Shown piece by piece: positions 6,398-14,160 of a stretch of 25,988 nucleotides of DNA (position 1 is the first letter of the stretch; every line of letters starts with the position of its first letter). The position numbers and the translations under genes were made by a program. The stretch covers positions 1-25,988 of IMG/VR virus record IMGVR_UViG_3300044268_002704; one strand, given 5' to 3'. The notes under the pieces are model-generated. The model saw nothing but the letters and a program-made list of their open reading frames with translations, was not told the origin of the DNA and did no database searches. This stretch comes from a virus (lineage: Duplodnaviria > Caudoviricetes).

Positions 6398-6864
6398 TGA
6401 TCACTAACTTTCCTCATGGTAAAATCTGGGCAGAATATCTCTCCGATAAATATGCCAATGTTGGTTCTGAATCGGATGTATTATGTTCGGATAAATTTAA
6501 TACGGATGAAAAAAAAATACTAAAATATTTTACGCAACCGACAAAATTTACCACTTGGTTATTCATAATGAATAGTCATTATCAAAATATTCCTATTACT
6601 CGAAGAGCAATTGAAAAGCATACAGGCAATTCTCAATCGACAGTTTTACGATGTTGTAATGAATGTGCGGAAGCAGGATACATCATTAATACCCGTGAGC
6701 TTTCTGAGAATATTACGACCTACATTGTGTCGGAACACATGGTTGCGTTATGGGAAAAATATATTGATTATCGACTCGATCACATTTTAAAATTTGAAAT
6801 GGATTTATCGATTCGCTTACGCAGAACGGAACAAACAGTATTCAAAAAGAAGATAGTAAAATGA
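6397..6864 (+). CDS. Putative winged-helix DNA-binding protein
   Basis: ITRRAIEKHTGNSQSTVLRCCNECAEAGYI is HTH-like. Start set at ATG 6397 (RBS GGGAG) rather than TTG 6346. Confidence 0.65.
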   Translation: MITNFPHGKIWAEYLSDKYANVGSESDVLCSDKFNTDEKKILKYFTQPTKFTTWLFIMNSHYQNIPITRRAIEKHTGNSQSTVLRCCNECAEAGYIINTRELSENITTYIVSEHMVALWEKYIDYRLDHILKFEMDLSIRLRRTEQTVFKKKIVK

Positions 6865-6901
6865 TATTTATTTACTACAATAAAACTTAGGGAGATTATT
6901 T

Positions 6902-7231
6902 ATGACACTATCAGATAAATATATTCAAGCTTTAATTCAAGCAGAAAAAAAATCAAAGAGTCAACAAAATGACGAGGACTATTTGAAGTATAAAAAATTT
7001 ATGCGTTCGAGTTCTCGGATTACGATTCCGTTAACCAACTTAAAAAATCTAAAAACCGCTCATGAAATGATAGGATTACTGCATGAAGAATTAGGCAGTA
7101 TCCTTCAGTCAAAGCACTCTGTGTTTGAGAAGATATTCATGGCGGGATATTCGGTAACTGTTTGCGGTCAACACTTAAAACAAGCGGCAGATCCGAAAAA
7201 TTTAGGGGTACATTTTAAGGGGACACGTTAG
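6902..7231 (+). CDS. Hypothetical protein
   Basis: 109 aa; RBS AGGGAG. Confidence 0.75.
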   Translation: MTLSDKYIQALIQAEKKSKSQQNDEDYLKYKKFMRSSSRITIPLTNLKNLKTAHEMIGLLHEELGSILQSKHSVFEKIFMAGYSVTVCGQHLKQAADPKNLGVHFKGTR

Positions 7232-7250
7232 TTTTATGAGACAACGACAA

Positions 7251-7297
7251 CCACAACATATAGTGTATCGTAACATTTTTCCCTCTAGGTTTTGTAT
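7251..7297. promoter_or_regulatory. Tandem NrdR-box-like motifs
   Basis: CCACAACATATAGTGT (7251-7266, good match to acaCwAtATaTwGtgt) and a weaker CCTCTAGGTTTTGTAT starting 31 bp later. Confidence 0.5.
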
Positions 7298-7326
7298 AGT
7301 ACCATTTAACCAGAAAGGAGCAGTCT

Positions 7327-7614
7327 ATGCCTAACAAACCAAACATATCTATTTTTTCTAACCAAAAAGTAACGCATAATATATATTACGAATCGTCAGT
7401 AAAAAACACTAGATATAGTATTTTAGTTGAATGGTTGATGAAACTTTTTAAACACCTAAAATCCTATTACACTCTAGCACAGAATACAAGAATTTTTAAT
7501 TATCTATTTGAGTGTTTCACTCTTTTGGGATTGTTTGTATTTTTTTATTTTCTTACATTTTTTGTCTGTGCTTTTGACGATGCGTGTAGTCGTTTTTATT
7601 TGGGAGGTCTATAA
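7327..7614 (+). CDS. Small membrane protein
   Basis: RBS AGAAAGGAG; C-terminal hydrophobic helix; TAATG overlap with the exonuclease gene. Confidence 0.65.
   Translation: MPNKPNISIFSNQKVTHNIYYESSVKNTRYSILVEWLMKLFKHLKSYYTLAQNTRIFNYLFECFTLLGLFVFFYFLTFFVCAFDDACSRFYLGGL
7369..7396. other. dif-like XerC/XerD recombination site
   Basis: GTAACGCATAA-TATATA-TTACGAATCGT versus E. coli dif GGTGCGCATAA-TGTATA-TTATGTTAAAT; 11-6-11 layout with a degenerate XerD arm. Confidence 0.6.
7406..7421. promoter_or_regulatory. NrdR-box-like motif
   Basis: ACACTAGATATAGTAT matches all core positions of the consensus (CwAnATnTwG). Confidence 0.55.
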
Positions 7615-8564
7615 TGGTTGCTCCTAAAAATAAATATAGTCGAGATGGTTTTGAAGTAGGTGCTTCTAAAATTTCAACGATTGTTCTAGGTCAAAATGAT
7701 TTTGGTTTGACACGGGAAGATATAAGAAAGACTTTTGTTGAAATCAAAAATAATCCTGATGTGATTCAGCTTGAAAGTAAACAAAACCAAAATGCCAAAG
7801 ATCGAGGTAACTATCTGGAGGATGGTATCGCTCATTGGGTATCTGATACTTTAGATATTTTATGTAAAGGTGAAATAAGTGTTTCATTTATTAAACCTAA
7901 AGATGCATTTCGTTTACCTAAATATAAAATGGCAGCATCGCTTGATGGTATATTAGAAGTGCATGGCGGTTCAATACACTATGACGATCCGCAAACGGGC
8001 AAAACTTTTACATTATCTGGCAAAGGTGTTTGTGAAATAAAAACTCAAGGCTACAACGATCATGTTACTTATGAACATATTTTACAGCTCCAAGCTCAGA
8101 TGTTAGTCTCTGGATTCAAATGGGGTGTCATCGGCCATCTTGGTCCTCGACTTAAAATGCAGATGTTTGTGTTTGAATCAAGTAAAGAAATACAGAAAAA
8201 AATTATGGAGCGAGTCAAAGATTTTTGGCGGAGGGTAGATTCAGATAGACCTTATCCAATCATTGCTGAGTCAGAACAGAAAGTTTTTTCAGATTGGTCA
8301 AACGATGATAAAGGATTAACTCAACTCTGTAACGATTATGATCTTGCAAAAGATGAAATAGAAAAGTGGACAGCTACTAAAGATCAAGTAGGCAATGCCA
8401 TTAAATCTATACTCAAACAAGAAAACTGTAACTATGTCAAACTTAGAGAAAAGCAAATAGCGTGTGAATTGATTACTCGGAAAGCAACAGTTGAAAAAAT
8501 TGTACCCGCTAAACCCGCAAGTCAATATGAAAAATTAACAGTAAAAGGAATCAGCCATGAGTGA
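7614..8564 (+). CDS. YqaJ-like (lambda exonuclease family) recombination nuclease
   Basis: VGASKI...RGNYLE...ASLDG...EIKT...QLQAQM. Confidence 0.88.
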   Translation: MVAPKNKYSRDGFEVGASKISTIVLGQNDFGLTREDIRKTFVEIKNNPDVIQLESKQNQNAKDRGNYLEDGIAHWVSDTLDILCKGEISVSFIKPKDAFRLPKYKMAASLDGILEVHGGSIHYDDPQTGKTFTLSGKGVCEIKTQGYNDHVTYEHILQLQAQMLVSGFKWGVIGHLGPRLKMQMFVFESSKEIQKKIMERVKDFWRRVDSDRPYPIIAESEQKVFSDWSNDDKGLTQLCNDYDLAKDEIEKWTATKDQVGNAIKSILKQENCNYVKLREKQIACELITRKATVEKIVPAKPASQYEKLTVKGISHE

Positions 8565-9348
8565 ATTAGCAAATCAATTACAACAAGTAATCTTAAAAGG
8601 AGATTTGAGAACCTTATCAGATCAGGAAAAATTAATCTATTATAAAAATGTATGTGATAGTTTGGGTATCAATCCTTTAACTAAACCTTTTGATTACATT
8701 GTTTTAAATAATAAACAAACTTTGTATGCTACTAAAAATTGTACGGATCAATTACGATCACTTCATAAAATAAGTATCGCAGTTAAAGACAGAAAAATAG
8801 ATAATGGTTTATTAACTATTGTTGTTGAAGCAGAAGATGCAAAAGGAAGAAAAGATTCTGACATGGGATTTGCAAATGTGCAAGGACTTCGAGGAGATCC
8901 TCTTGGAAATGCCATGCTCAAAGCAGTAACGAAAGCAAAAAGAAGAGTAACTCTGTCAATTTGTGGACTCGGTGGATTTTTAGATGAAACCGAAGTAGAA
9001 GATCTCCCTCAGAGAGCCGTCAGTAAGCAAAAGCAAGGCAAGATGACTCCTACTACTCGGGATGTATTAAAGCGAATAGACGAATCGGATACTCTTTTTT
9101 GTACACTATTATTATTAGACAATAAAAAAATTGCGATAGAAACTTCAGTAATAGCTTGTCAGACCATCAATGAGATAGTTTTGCAAATCATGACAGACTC
9201 TGATTCTGAATTGACCAAAGAAAACAAGATTGAAAAAATAAATAAATTTTTTGAAATTAACAAGGACGTTGTGGAAAAGTTGAAAATAAAAGAACCAGAT
9301 TCAATAAAAGAAATAAGAGAAAAAGTTAGAGGGTTTTGTCATGGCTAA
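8557..9348 (+). CDS. Single-strand annealing protein (RecT/Beta-like)
   Basis: LGINPLTKPF...LYATK...MLKAVTKAKRRVTLSICGLG..DETE; adjacent to the exonuclease. Confidence 0.75.
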   Translation: MSELANQLQQVILKGDLRTLSDQEKLIYYKNVCDSLGINPLTKPFDYIVLNNKQTLYATKNCTDQLRSLHKISIAVKDRKIDNGLLTIVVEAEDAKGRKDSDMGFANVQGLRGDPLGNAMLKAVTKAKRRVTLSICGLGGFLDETEVEDLPQRAVSKQKQGKMTPTTRDVLKRIDESDTLFCTLLLLDNKKIAIETSVIACQTINEIVLQIMTDSDSELTKENKIEKINKFFEINKDVVEKLKIKEPDSIKEIREKVRGFCHG

Positions 9349-9562
9349 AGAACTTACTCCGCAAAGTAAACGGGTCTTAACTTTTATAAAAGAGTATATT
9401 GATCGAGAAAAATTTTCTCCATCTCAGTTGGAAATTGCAGAACATTTTAATCATAACTCTCATAGTGCAATTCAAAAAACTTTGCATCGTCTTGAACAAT
9501 TAGGATTAATTGAAAGAATCAGGGGGAAGTCCCGGTCTATTCGTTTGAAAAAACTAGACTAA
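9341..9562 (+). CDS. Stand-alone LexA-type DNA-binding domain
   Basis: LTPQSKRVLTFI...SPSQLEIAEHF...HRLEQLGLIER..GKSRSIRL; no peptidase domain. Confidence 0.85.
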   Translation: MAKELTPQSKRVLTFIKEYIDREKFSPSQLEIAEHFNHNSHSAIQKTLHRLEQLGLIERIRGKSRSIRLKKLD

Positions 9563-9982
9563 AGTTTCAACAATAGTGGCCAAAGACTTTGCTCGATTGG
9601 GGGTTTGTTGATGCCACTTTGAATCAAGCATTTCTTTAGCAGCACATTTAAAATCTCTTCGATCAAAAGCTTTCCACATTTTTTTAAATTTACGGACACC
9701 ATTTTTTCCTAACTGAAAGACCATTTCAATAATAACTTCTTTTCCTTTTAAAGGTATTGCTCTTTCACCAATCAATTCTTCTGCCCCCGCAACCGCTTGT
9801 TGAAAATCTTTTTCAAAATATTGTTCTAATACATCAATTTCATAAGACTCATCTTCATCCCAATTCTCATGTTCTAAACACAAATGACCCCAACCCACAG
9901 TAAGTTTTCCAAGACTATCTTTATAGCAATAGTTTCTAAATCCCTCATGCGTTTTTATTCTTTCTTTAAGTTTATCAAGCAT
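9554..9982 (-). CDS. Endolysin, T4-lysozyme-like (GH24)
   Basis: HEG...YKDSLGKLTVGWGHL...MVFQLG...AAKEMLDSKWHQQTPNRA. Confidence 0.93.
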   Translation of the reverse strand: MLDKLKERIKTHEGFRNYCYKDSLGKLTVGWGHLCLEHENWDEDESYEIDVLEQYFEKDFQQAVAGAEELIGERAIPLKGKEVIIEMVFQLGKNGVRKFKKMWKAFDRRDFKCAAKEMLDSKWHQQTPNRAKSLATIVETLV

Positions 9983-10164
9983 TATTTATCCTTGAGTTTA
10001 TGATAAAGCGTTTGCACTAAATCTGTTTTACGATATCTTCTATCTAATTCTATGCCATGCTTTCTACCTAATTTTTCTAACTCATTTTTTGTCATGATTT
10101 GTAAGTGAGTTATCTTTAATTTCTTTTTAGGTTTTACAAAAAGATTTTTTAAAAAACTAAACAT
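9982..10164 (-). CDS. Small basic hypothetical protein (possible HeH/Rho-N-like fold)
   Basis: MTKNELEKLGRKHGIELDRR..KTDLV. Confidence 0.65.
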   Translation of the reverse strand: MFSFLKNLFVKPKKKLKITHLQIMTKNELEKLGRKHGIELDRRYRKTDLVQTLYHKLKDK

Positions 10165-10172
10165 ACATCCTC

Positions 10173-10547
10173 CTATTTGGTATCTGTTTTTTTATACTTA
10201 TCAAAACTTCGCAATCCTGAAATTCCAAGAAGTCCAAATAACAATGGCATCATTACAGACATATCAGCTTGAGGAATATTTACACCAAACCCCGCACAAA
10301 TCGGAGAGATCATATAATTCATCATTAAAGATAAACCGCAGATCCACCCAATCAGAGGTCGCCAAGATGATTGAAACCAATTGCCTTTTGCTTCTTCTTT
10401 ATTAACTTGTATTTGTTGCTTTGCCAATTCCTGTGCATGGCGTTCTGACATGGTTGCTATATCATGTGCCAGTTTATTTTTCTGATCTTTGTCCTCTATG
10501 AATTTATCTAATAATCCAGCAACAGGACCTATAAGTGCTTGTAACAT
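10173..10547 (-). CDS. Holin, GTA 3TM family
   Basis: LLDKFIEDKD...WRPLIGWICG...LLGISGLRSFDK. Confidence 0.85.
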   Translation of the reverse strand: MLQALIGPVAGLLDKFIEDKDQKNKLAHDIATMSERHAQELAKQQIQVNKEEAKGNWFQSSWRPLIGWICGLSLMMNYMISPICAGFGVNIPQADMSVMMPLLFGLLGISGLRSFDKYKKTDTK

Positions 10548-10560
10548 TTTACCTCCTTAG

Positions 10561-11034
10561 TTAAAACCATTTAAAAATTCTTCCATAAATAACAATGCAA
10601 ATAATCGATAAAATAAAAATTAACCCTATACCAATAATCTTTTGTAATTTTTTTCGTTCAGCAATCTCTTGTTTAAGTTGTTCTTTTTTCTTAGCTCTTA
10701 ATCTTGCAATCTCTGCTTGAAGTAGCTCCCATTCTTTCAACCCGTTATCGGCATACAGTAAGAATAATTCTCTTAATTGTTTTCTTTTATCAGCCAATTC
10801 TTTACGTCTTAAATATGCAGCCATCGCATCTTCTTCAATAGATGATAATCCTAACTTTGCTAATATCCCACCCTTGCCCTTATTACTCGCATGAAGATCT
10901 AATGAACTTTCAGCATTCGCCCATTTATAAACTTCTCCTGCCATATCATGAATTTGTTTTCCCGTTTTAATGCCTTGTTCAATTAATCCTATTGCTGACT
11001 TACAAGCTGCCCAGGCACTCAATGGATCAAGCAT
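10561..11034 (-). CDS. Coiled-coil protein with C-terminal transmembrane helix
   Basis: MLDPLSA N-terminus and a hydrophobic C-terminus; lies in the lysis region. Confidence 0.75.
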   Translation of the reverse strand: MLDPLSAWAACKSAIGLIEQGIKTGKQIHDMAGEVYKWANAESSLDLHASNKGKGGILAKLGLSSIEEDAMAAYLRRKELADKRKQLRELFLLYADNGLKEWELLQAEIARLRAKKKEQLKQEIAERKKLQKIIGIGLIFILSIICIVIYGRIFKWF

Positions 11035-11035
11035 T

Positions 11036-11224
11036 TTATCCCTTTATAAAGATTGATATTAAAGCTACAATGACCGCAATGGTATTACCCATAATAACTG
11101 TTTCTAATCTTTTGATTCTGGATTTTAGATCTGAAATATTTTCATGAATATTGTTATATCTTTCCAGACACACTTCCTCATGCTTGGATATCCTTGCTTC
11201 ATTCTTATCTGCTTTAGTTACCAT
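11036..11224 (-). CDS. Small coiled-coil and transmembrane protein
   Basis: HEEVCLERY...IKRLE followed by a TM helix; RBS GAGGA/AGGA. Confidence 0.75.
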   Translation of the reverse strand: MVTKADKNEARISKHEEVCLERYNNIHENISDLKSRIKRLETVIMGNTIAVIVALISIFIKG

Positions 11225-11247
11225 AGTCCTATCCTCTATCGTTTATA

Positions 11248-11480
11248 CTATTTTTTTCCTAACAAATCTTTGTCCGCTTTTCTCGCTCCACCTTTACCTG
11301 ATACAAAAGATTTTACTCTTCCCATTGCCCAGCTGTGTGCTGAAGTTTTCGGTCTTGATCCTGATGAATAGTAAGCTCCAAGTGTATCCCCCAAAGGGGT
11401 CACAGTCCTCTCCTGTATACTTTATTTAAAGTGCTTTCACTAAATCTTGAAGCTCCTGGTATTTTTGAATATTTACTCAT
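11248..11480 (-). other. 69-aa basic protein gene interrupted by a 23-nt hairpin insert (recoded gene or pseudogene)
   Basis: Removing 23 nt joins MSKYSKIPGASRFSESTLNKVYRRGL to GAYYSSGSRPKTSAHSWAMGRVKSFVSGKGGARKADKDLLGKK in exactly 70 codons. RBS AAGGAG; ATGA overlap upstream. Confidence 0.8.
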
Positions 11481-11587
11481 TTCTTTTTACTCCTTAATTT
11501 TTTAAGATCTGCTCCTGTTATTTTGTTTCTGGGTTTAGCAACCGCAGCTAACTTTTTTTGTTTTGGACTGTATTTACTAAATGGCAT
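11477..11587 (-). CDS. 36-aa Lys-rich microprotein
   Basis: MPFSKYSPKQKKLAAVAKPRNKITGADLKKLRSKKK; RBS AAGGA. Confidence 0.75.
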   Translation of the reverse strand: MPFSKYSPKQKKLAAVAKPRNKITGADLKKLRSKKK

Positions 11588-11591
11588 TTTA

Positions 11592-11792
11592 TTATCCTTT
11601 ACTTCGTTGTTTACTAATTTTATCCATCATTGCTTTTGTAAGTTTCCCTTGCCTATAAAGTCTAGCAGTTCTCTTAATCTCTGCTTCTCTAGCTTTAGGA
11701 TTCTTTGCACCAGATACATATTTCTTTGGTACACCACCCTTAGTTTTAGGCACAGGATCAAACTTACGCATCAATGTTCTTTTGTGTCGCAT
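11592..11792 (-). CDS. 66-aa highly basic protein
   Basis: Lys/Arg-rich, VPKKYVSG; TAATG overlap upstream. Confidence 0.75.
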   Translation of the reverse strand: MRHKRTLMRKFDPVPKTKGGVPKKYVSGAKNPKAREAEIKRTARLYRQGKLTKAMMDKISKQRSKG

Positions 11793-11851
11793 TATTTTTT
11801 CTTCTTTTTTTTATCAGTCATTTTCTTTTTTTTTCCATAATGTCCTGGCAT
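11792..11851 (-). CDS. 19-aa poly-Lys microprotein
   Basis: MPGHYGKKKKMTDKKKKKK; RBS AAAGGAG; stop overlaps the next start. Confidence 0.65.
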   Translation of the reverse strand: MPGHYGKKKKMTDKKKKKK

Positions 11852-11863
11852 AAGAACTCCTTT

Positions 11864-12169
11864 CTAAGTTGTTGGTTTTGTTGGGAAAGTAATTGCGTTT
11901 GCTTCATCGATCGTTGTTACATCTTTTGTTATATCTCGTAATTTTGTGCGATACGTTTGCCACTCTGTTTTTTTTGCATCTGTCAAAGGACAATTAGGCA
12001 AGTCTGTCCAATCTGATTTATCAAGCAACCCATCTCTTTTAGCTCTGATGATTATCATTTTTCTATCATAGGCTGAATCAGTCCATGCCTGTGCTTTTGC
12101 TGTTTCTATAGCTATCTCATCTGATGTTAAAGCAACTTCTTTATTATCTACATATTTAATTGCACTCAT
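11864..12169 (-). CDS. Tail fibre assembly chaperone
   Basis: IRAKRDGLLDKSDWT.LP..PL....KTEWQTYRTKLRDIT; follows the tail fibre gene. Confidence 0.85.
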   Translation of the reverse strand: MSAIKYVDNKEVALTSDEIAIETAKAQAWTDSAYDRKMIIIRAKRDGLLDKSDWTDLPNCPLTDAKKTEWQTYRTKLRDITKDVTTIDEANAITFPTKPTT

Positions 12170-12170
12170 T

Positions 12171-14111
12171 TTAGCTTACTCCATAAATTTTAAATTTTCC
12201 CTTTGCAATACTTCCTGAAGAAAAATCAAACTGAATTTTAGTAGTGGTATTTGCTTCAAAGATATTACAGGCAGATGACATGACAACCACATAATCCGAA
12301 CCTACGGAAACTCCATGTGTATGAAATTGGGTAAAAACCGCACTATCCGCAACACCATAAACCCACATACGAAAAGACAATCCTTCATCAGCTTCACTAC
12401 CTGTATTCACACTTTCACCATACACCTGATATTCAGTAGAAGAGCTACTTCCTTCTGTAGCACTACTAGCATTTCTACCTGAGTCCAAATCGCTATCAGT
12501 AGAAGTTAATCCTTTTGTCGCTTGGTTGTAAATTGCGGCTGTGTCAATATTCCCATCTGCACCTGCCACTCGTAAACGGAGTTTTACATCATTAGTTTGA
12601 GGTTGCACCATAATGCCCTCAATCATATAAACATCAAATCCCGTAAAGGTAGAGCTAGTAAAAGTAACAGATGCTGTTGCTGAAGAAACTGTTGTCGTAC
12701 CTAACAACTCATGTGCGCCACCCCCTTTGATTAAACTATAGTCTACTCTTTTTAAAACTCCTGCATCACTTACCAAAAATTGGTCTGTATCCGCAGGAGT
12801 GCTTGACAATTCTGTTTGAGCTGAAATCGTATCTGCATTTAATTTTGCCCCCGTAACTCCTCCATCTTTAAAACTAACTGCTCCACTACTTACATCAAAA
12901 TCCCCAGAGTCAAAACTAGCAATTCCTTTATTGCTTGAAGTTGCATCTTCTCCAGCTATCGTAATGGTATCCGTGGCTCCACCCGTGGTGGTAATTCCTT
13001 CTCCTGCTGCGATTGTTACTGTGTTGCCATTTGTGATGGTCTGATTCGATCCACTACTTCCAGCAAGAGTAAAGTTTTCCATACTTCCAGAACCATCTGC
13101 ACCATCTGCACCTGAATAAGAAAAATGAACACTTACGCCATCATTATTTGAAAAAGAACCTGAACTTGTCAAATGCGTCACAGCTACTTTGGTGTATCCA
13201 CTAGCATCGGTTATAGCTCCCGTTACCTTAAAAGTGGCATAGGTTGCTGGGGTTGATTCTTTTGTAATTGTAATAATGCCTCTAGCTACTGCATTTGTAA
13301 CATCATCAAAAGATTGTACAAAAGAAGTTATATTTGCTCCTGCATCATCTGCATCGTCTATAAATAAAACCGATACACTTGAAAGCGTTCCATTATTAAA
13401 AGCAATTTTACCCGCACCAGGATCAGCATCACTTGTTGAATTATTAAAGGTCATCGAAAGCTGAGGATTAGCACCTAAAGCACCTGTTGCCCCCGTAGCT
13501 CCAGTAGGTATTCCTAACGCTAAGGTTAAATCATCTCCTGATAAGGTAGCTGATCCCGTGGCAGAACCACCCGCAGAAACAGTTGATGTATTAACTGTAA
13601 TCGAATCAATTCCTCTTTTTAGCAAGGTTAACGCTGTACCATTACTATCATAGCCAATCACCTTATTTGCATTATTAGATGTTGTATCGTTATACGGAAC
13701 TATCAAACTCGGTGGTGTTGATCCTGTTACAAATTCTGGTAGCTGTAAAGTACGATCTATTTTTTCTTCAAACTGTTGTAACACCATGATCGTATTGTCA
13801 AAATCTGTTTCTAACGATGCAGCCGTAAAAGATGCTCCTGTTGAATATGCCGATTCTCTCGATAAAGGTTTGTTAGCAAGGATGGTAAGTTTCTGTCCTG
13901 TGGTCGGAGCTGAAGCATAATTAACTGTACCCGTGCCATCAGTTGATATTGAAACAGTATAATGAGTGCTTAAAGATTGAGTTGTTTCCCCCAGAATTAC
14001 TTTGAGTTCTGTATCAGCATTGATCTGAAACGAAAAGGCAAAAGCTGTCTGTGATCCATTGGTTGTGTACTGAACCCGCCTATTGGTATCGTTAATATCA
14101 AATGTTGCCAT
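12171..14111 (-). CDS. Tail fibre protein
   Basis: T7 gp17-like N-terminal anchor ([11 protein letters not shown]), Ser/Thr/Gly-rich shaft and a short GxT triplet repeat. Confidence 0.88.
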   Translation of the reverse strand: MATFDINDTNRRVQYTTNGSQTAFAFSFQINADTELKVILGETTQSLSTHYTVSISTDGTGTVNYASAPTTGQKLTILANKPLSRESAYSTGASFTAASLETDFDNTIMVLQQFEEKIDRTLQLPEFVTGSTPPSLIVPYNDTTSNNANKVIGYDSNGTALTLLKRGIDSITVNTSTVSAGGSATGSATLSGDDLTLALGIPTGATGATGALGANPQLSMTFNNSTSDADPGAGKIAFNNGTLSSVSVLFIDDADDAGANITSFVQSFDDVTNAVARGIITITKESTPATYATFKVTGAITDASGYTKVAVTHLTSSGSFSNNDGVSVHFSYSGADGADGSGSMENFTLAGSSGSNQTITNGNTVTIAAGEGITTTGGATDTITIAGEDATSSNKGIASFDSGDFDVSSGAVSFKDGGVTGAKLNADTISAQTELSSTPADTDQFLVSDAGVLKRVDYSLIKGGGAHELLGTTTVSSATASVTFTSSTFTGFDVYMIEGIMVQPQTNDVKLRLRVAGADGNIDTAAIYNQATKGLTSTDSDLDSGRNASSATEGSSSSTEYQVYGESVNTGSEADEGLSFRMWVYGVADSAVFTQFHTHGVSVGSDYVVVMSSACNIFEANTTTKIQFDFSSGSIAKGKFKIYGVS

Positions 14112-14128
14112 AAACCCTACCTCTACCT

Positions 14129-14157
14129 TTTATACAATATATATCGATTGATTTCAA
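14129..14157 (-). promoter_or_regulatory. sigma70-type promoter for the tail fibre and lysis genes
   Basis: TTGAAA-N17-TATAAA filling a 49-bp intergenic gap. Confidence 0.6.
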
Positions 14158-14160
14158 ACA

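Noticed and set aside
11144-11840. + strand ORFs 11144-11371, 11151-11429 and 11523-11840
   Set aside because: They are antisense to the coupled basic microprotein genes; their Phe/Leu richness mirrors Lys codons on the other strand.
13470-13510. Collagen-like [10 protein letters not shown] in the tail fibre
   Set aside because: Short and common in phage fibres.
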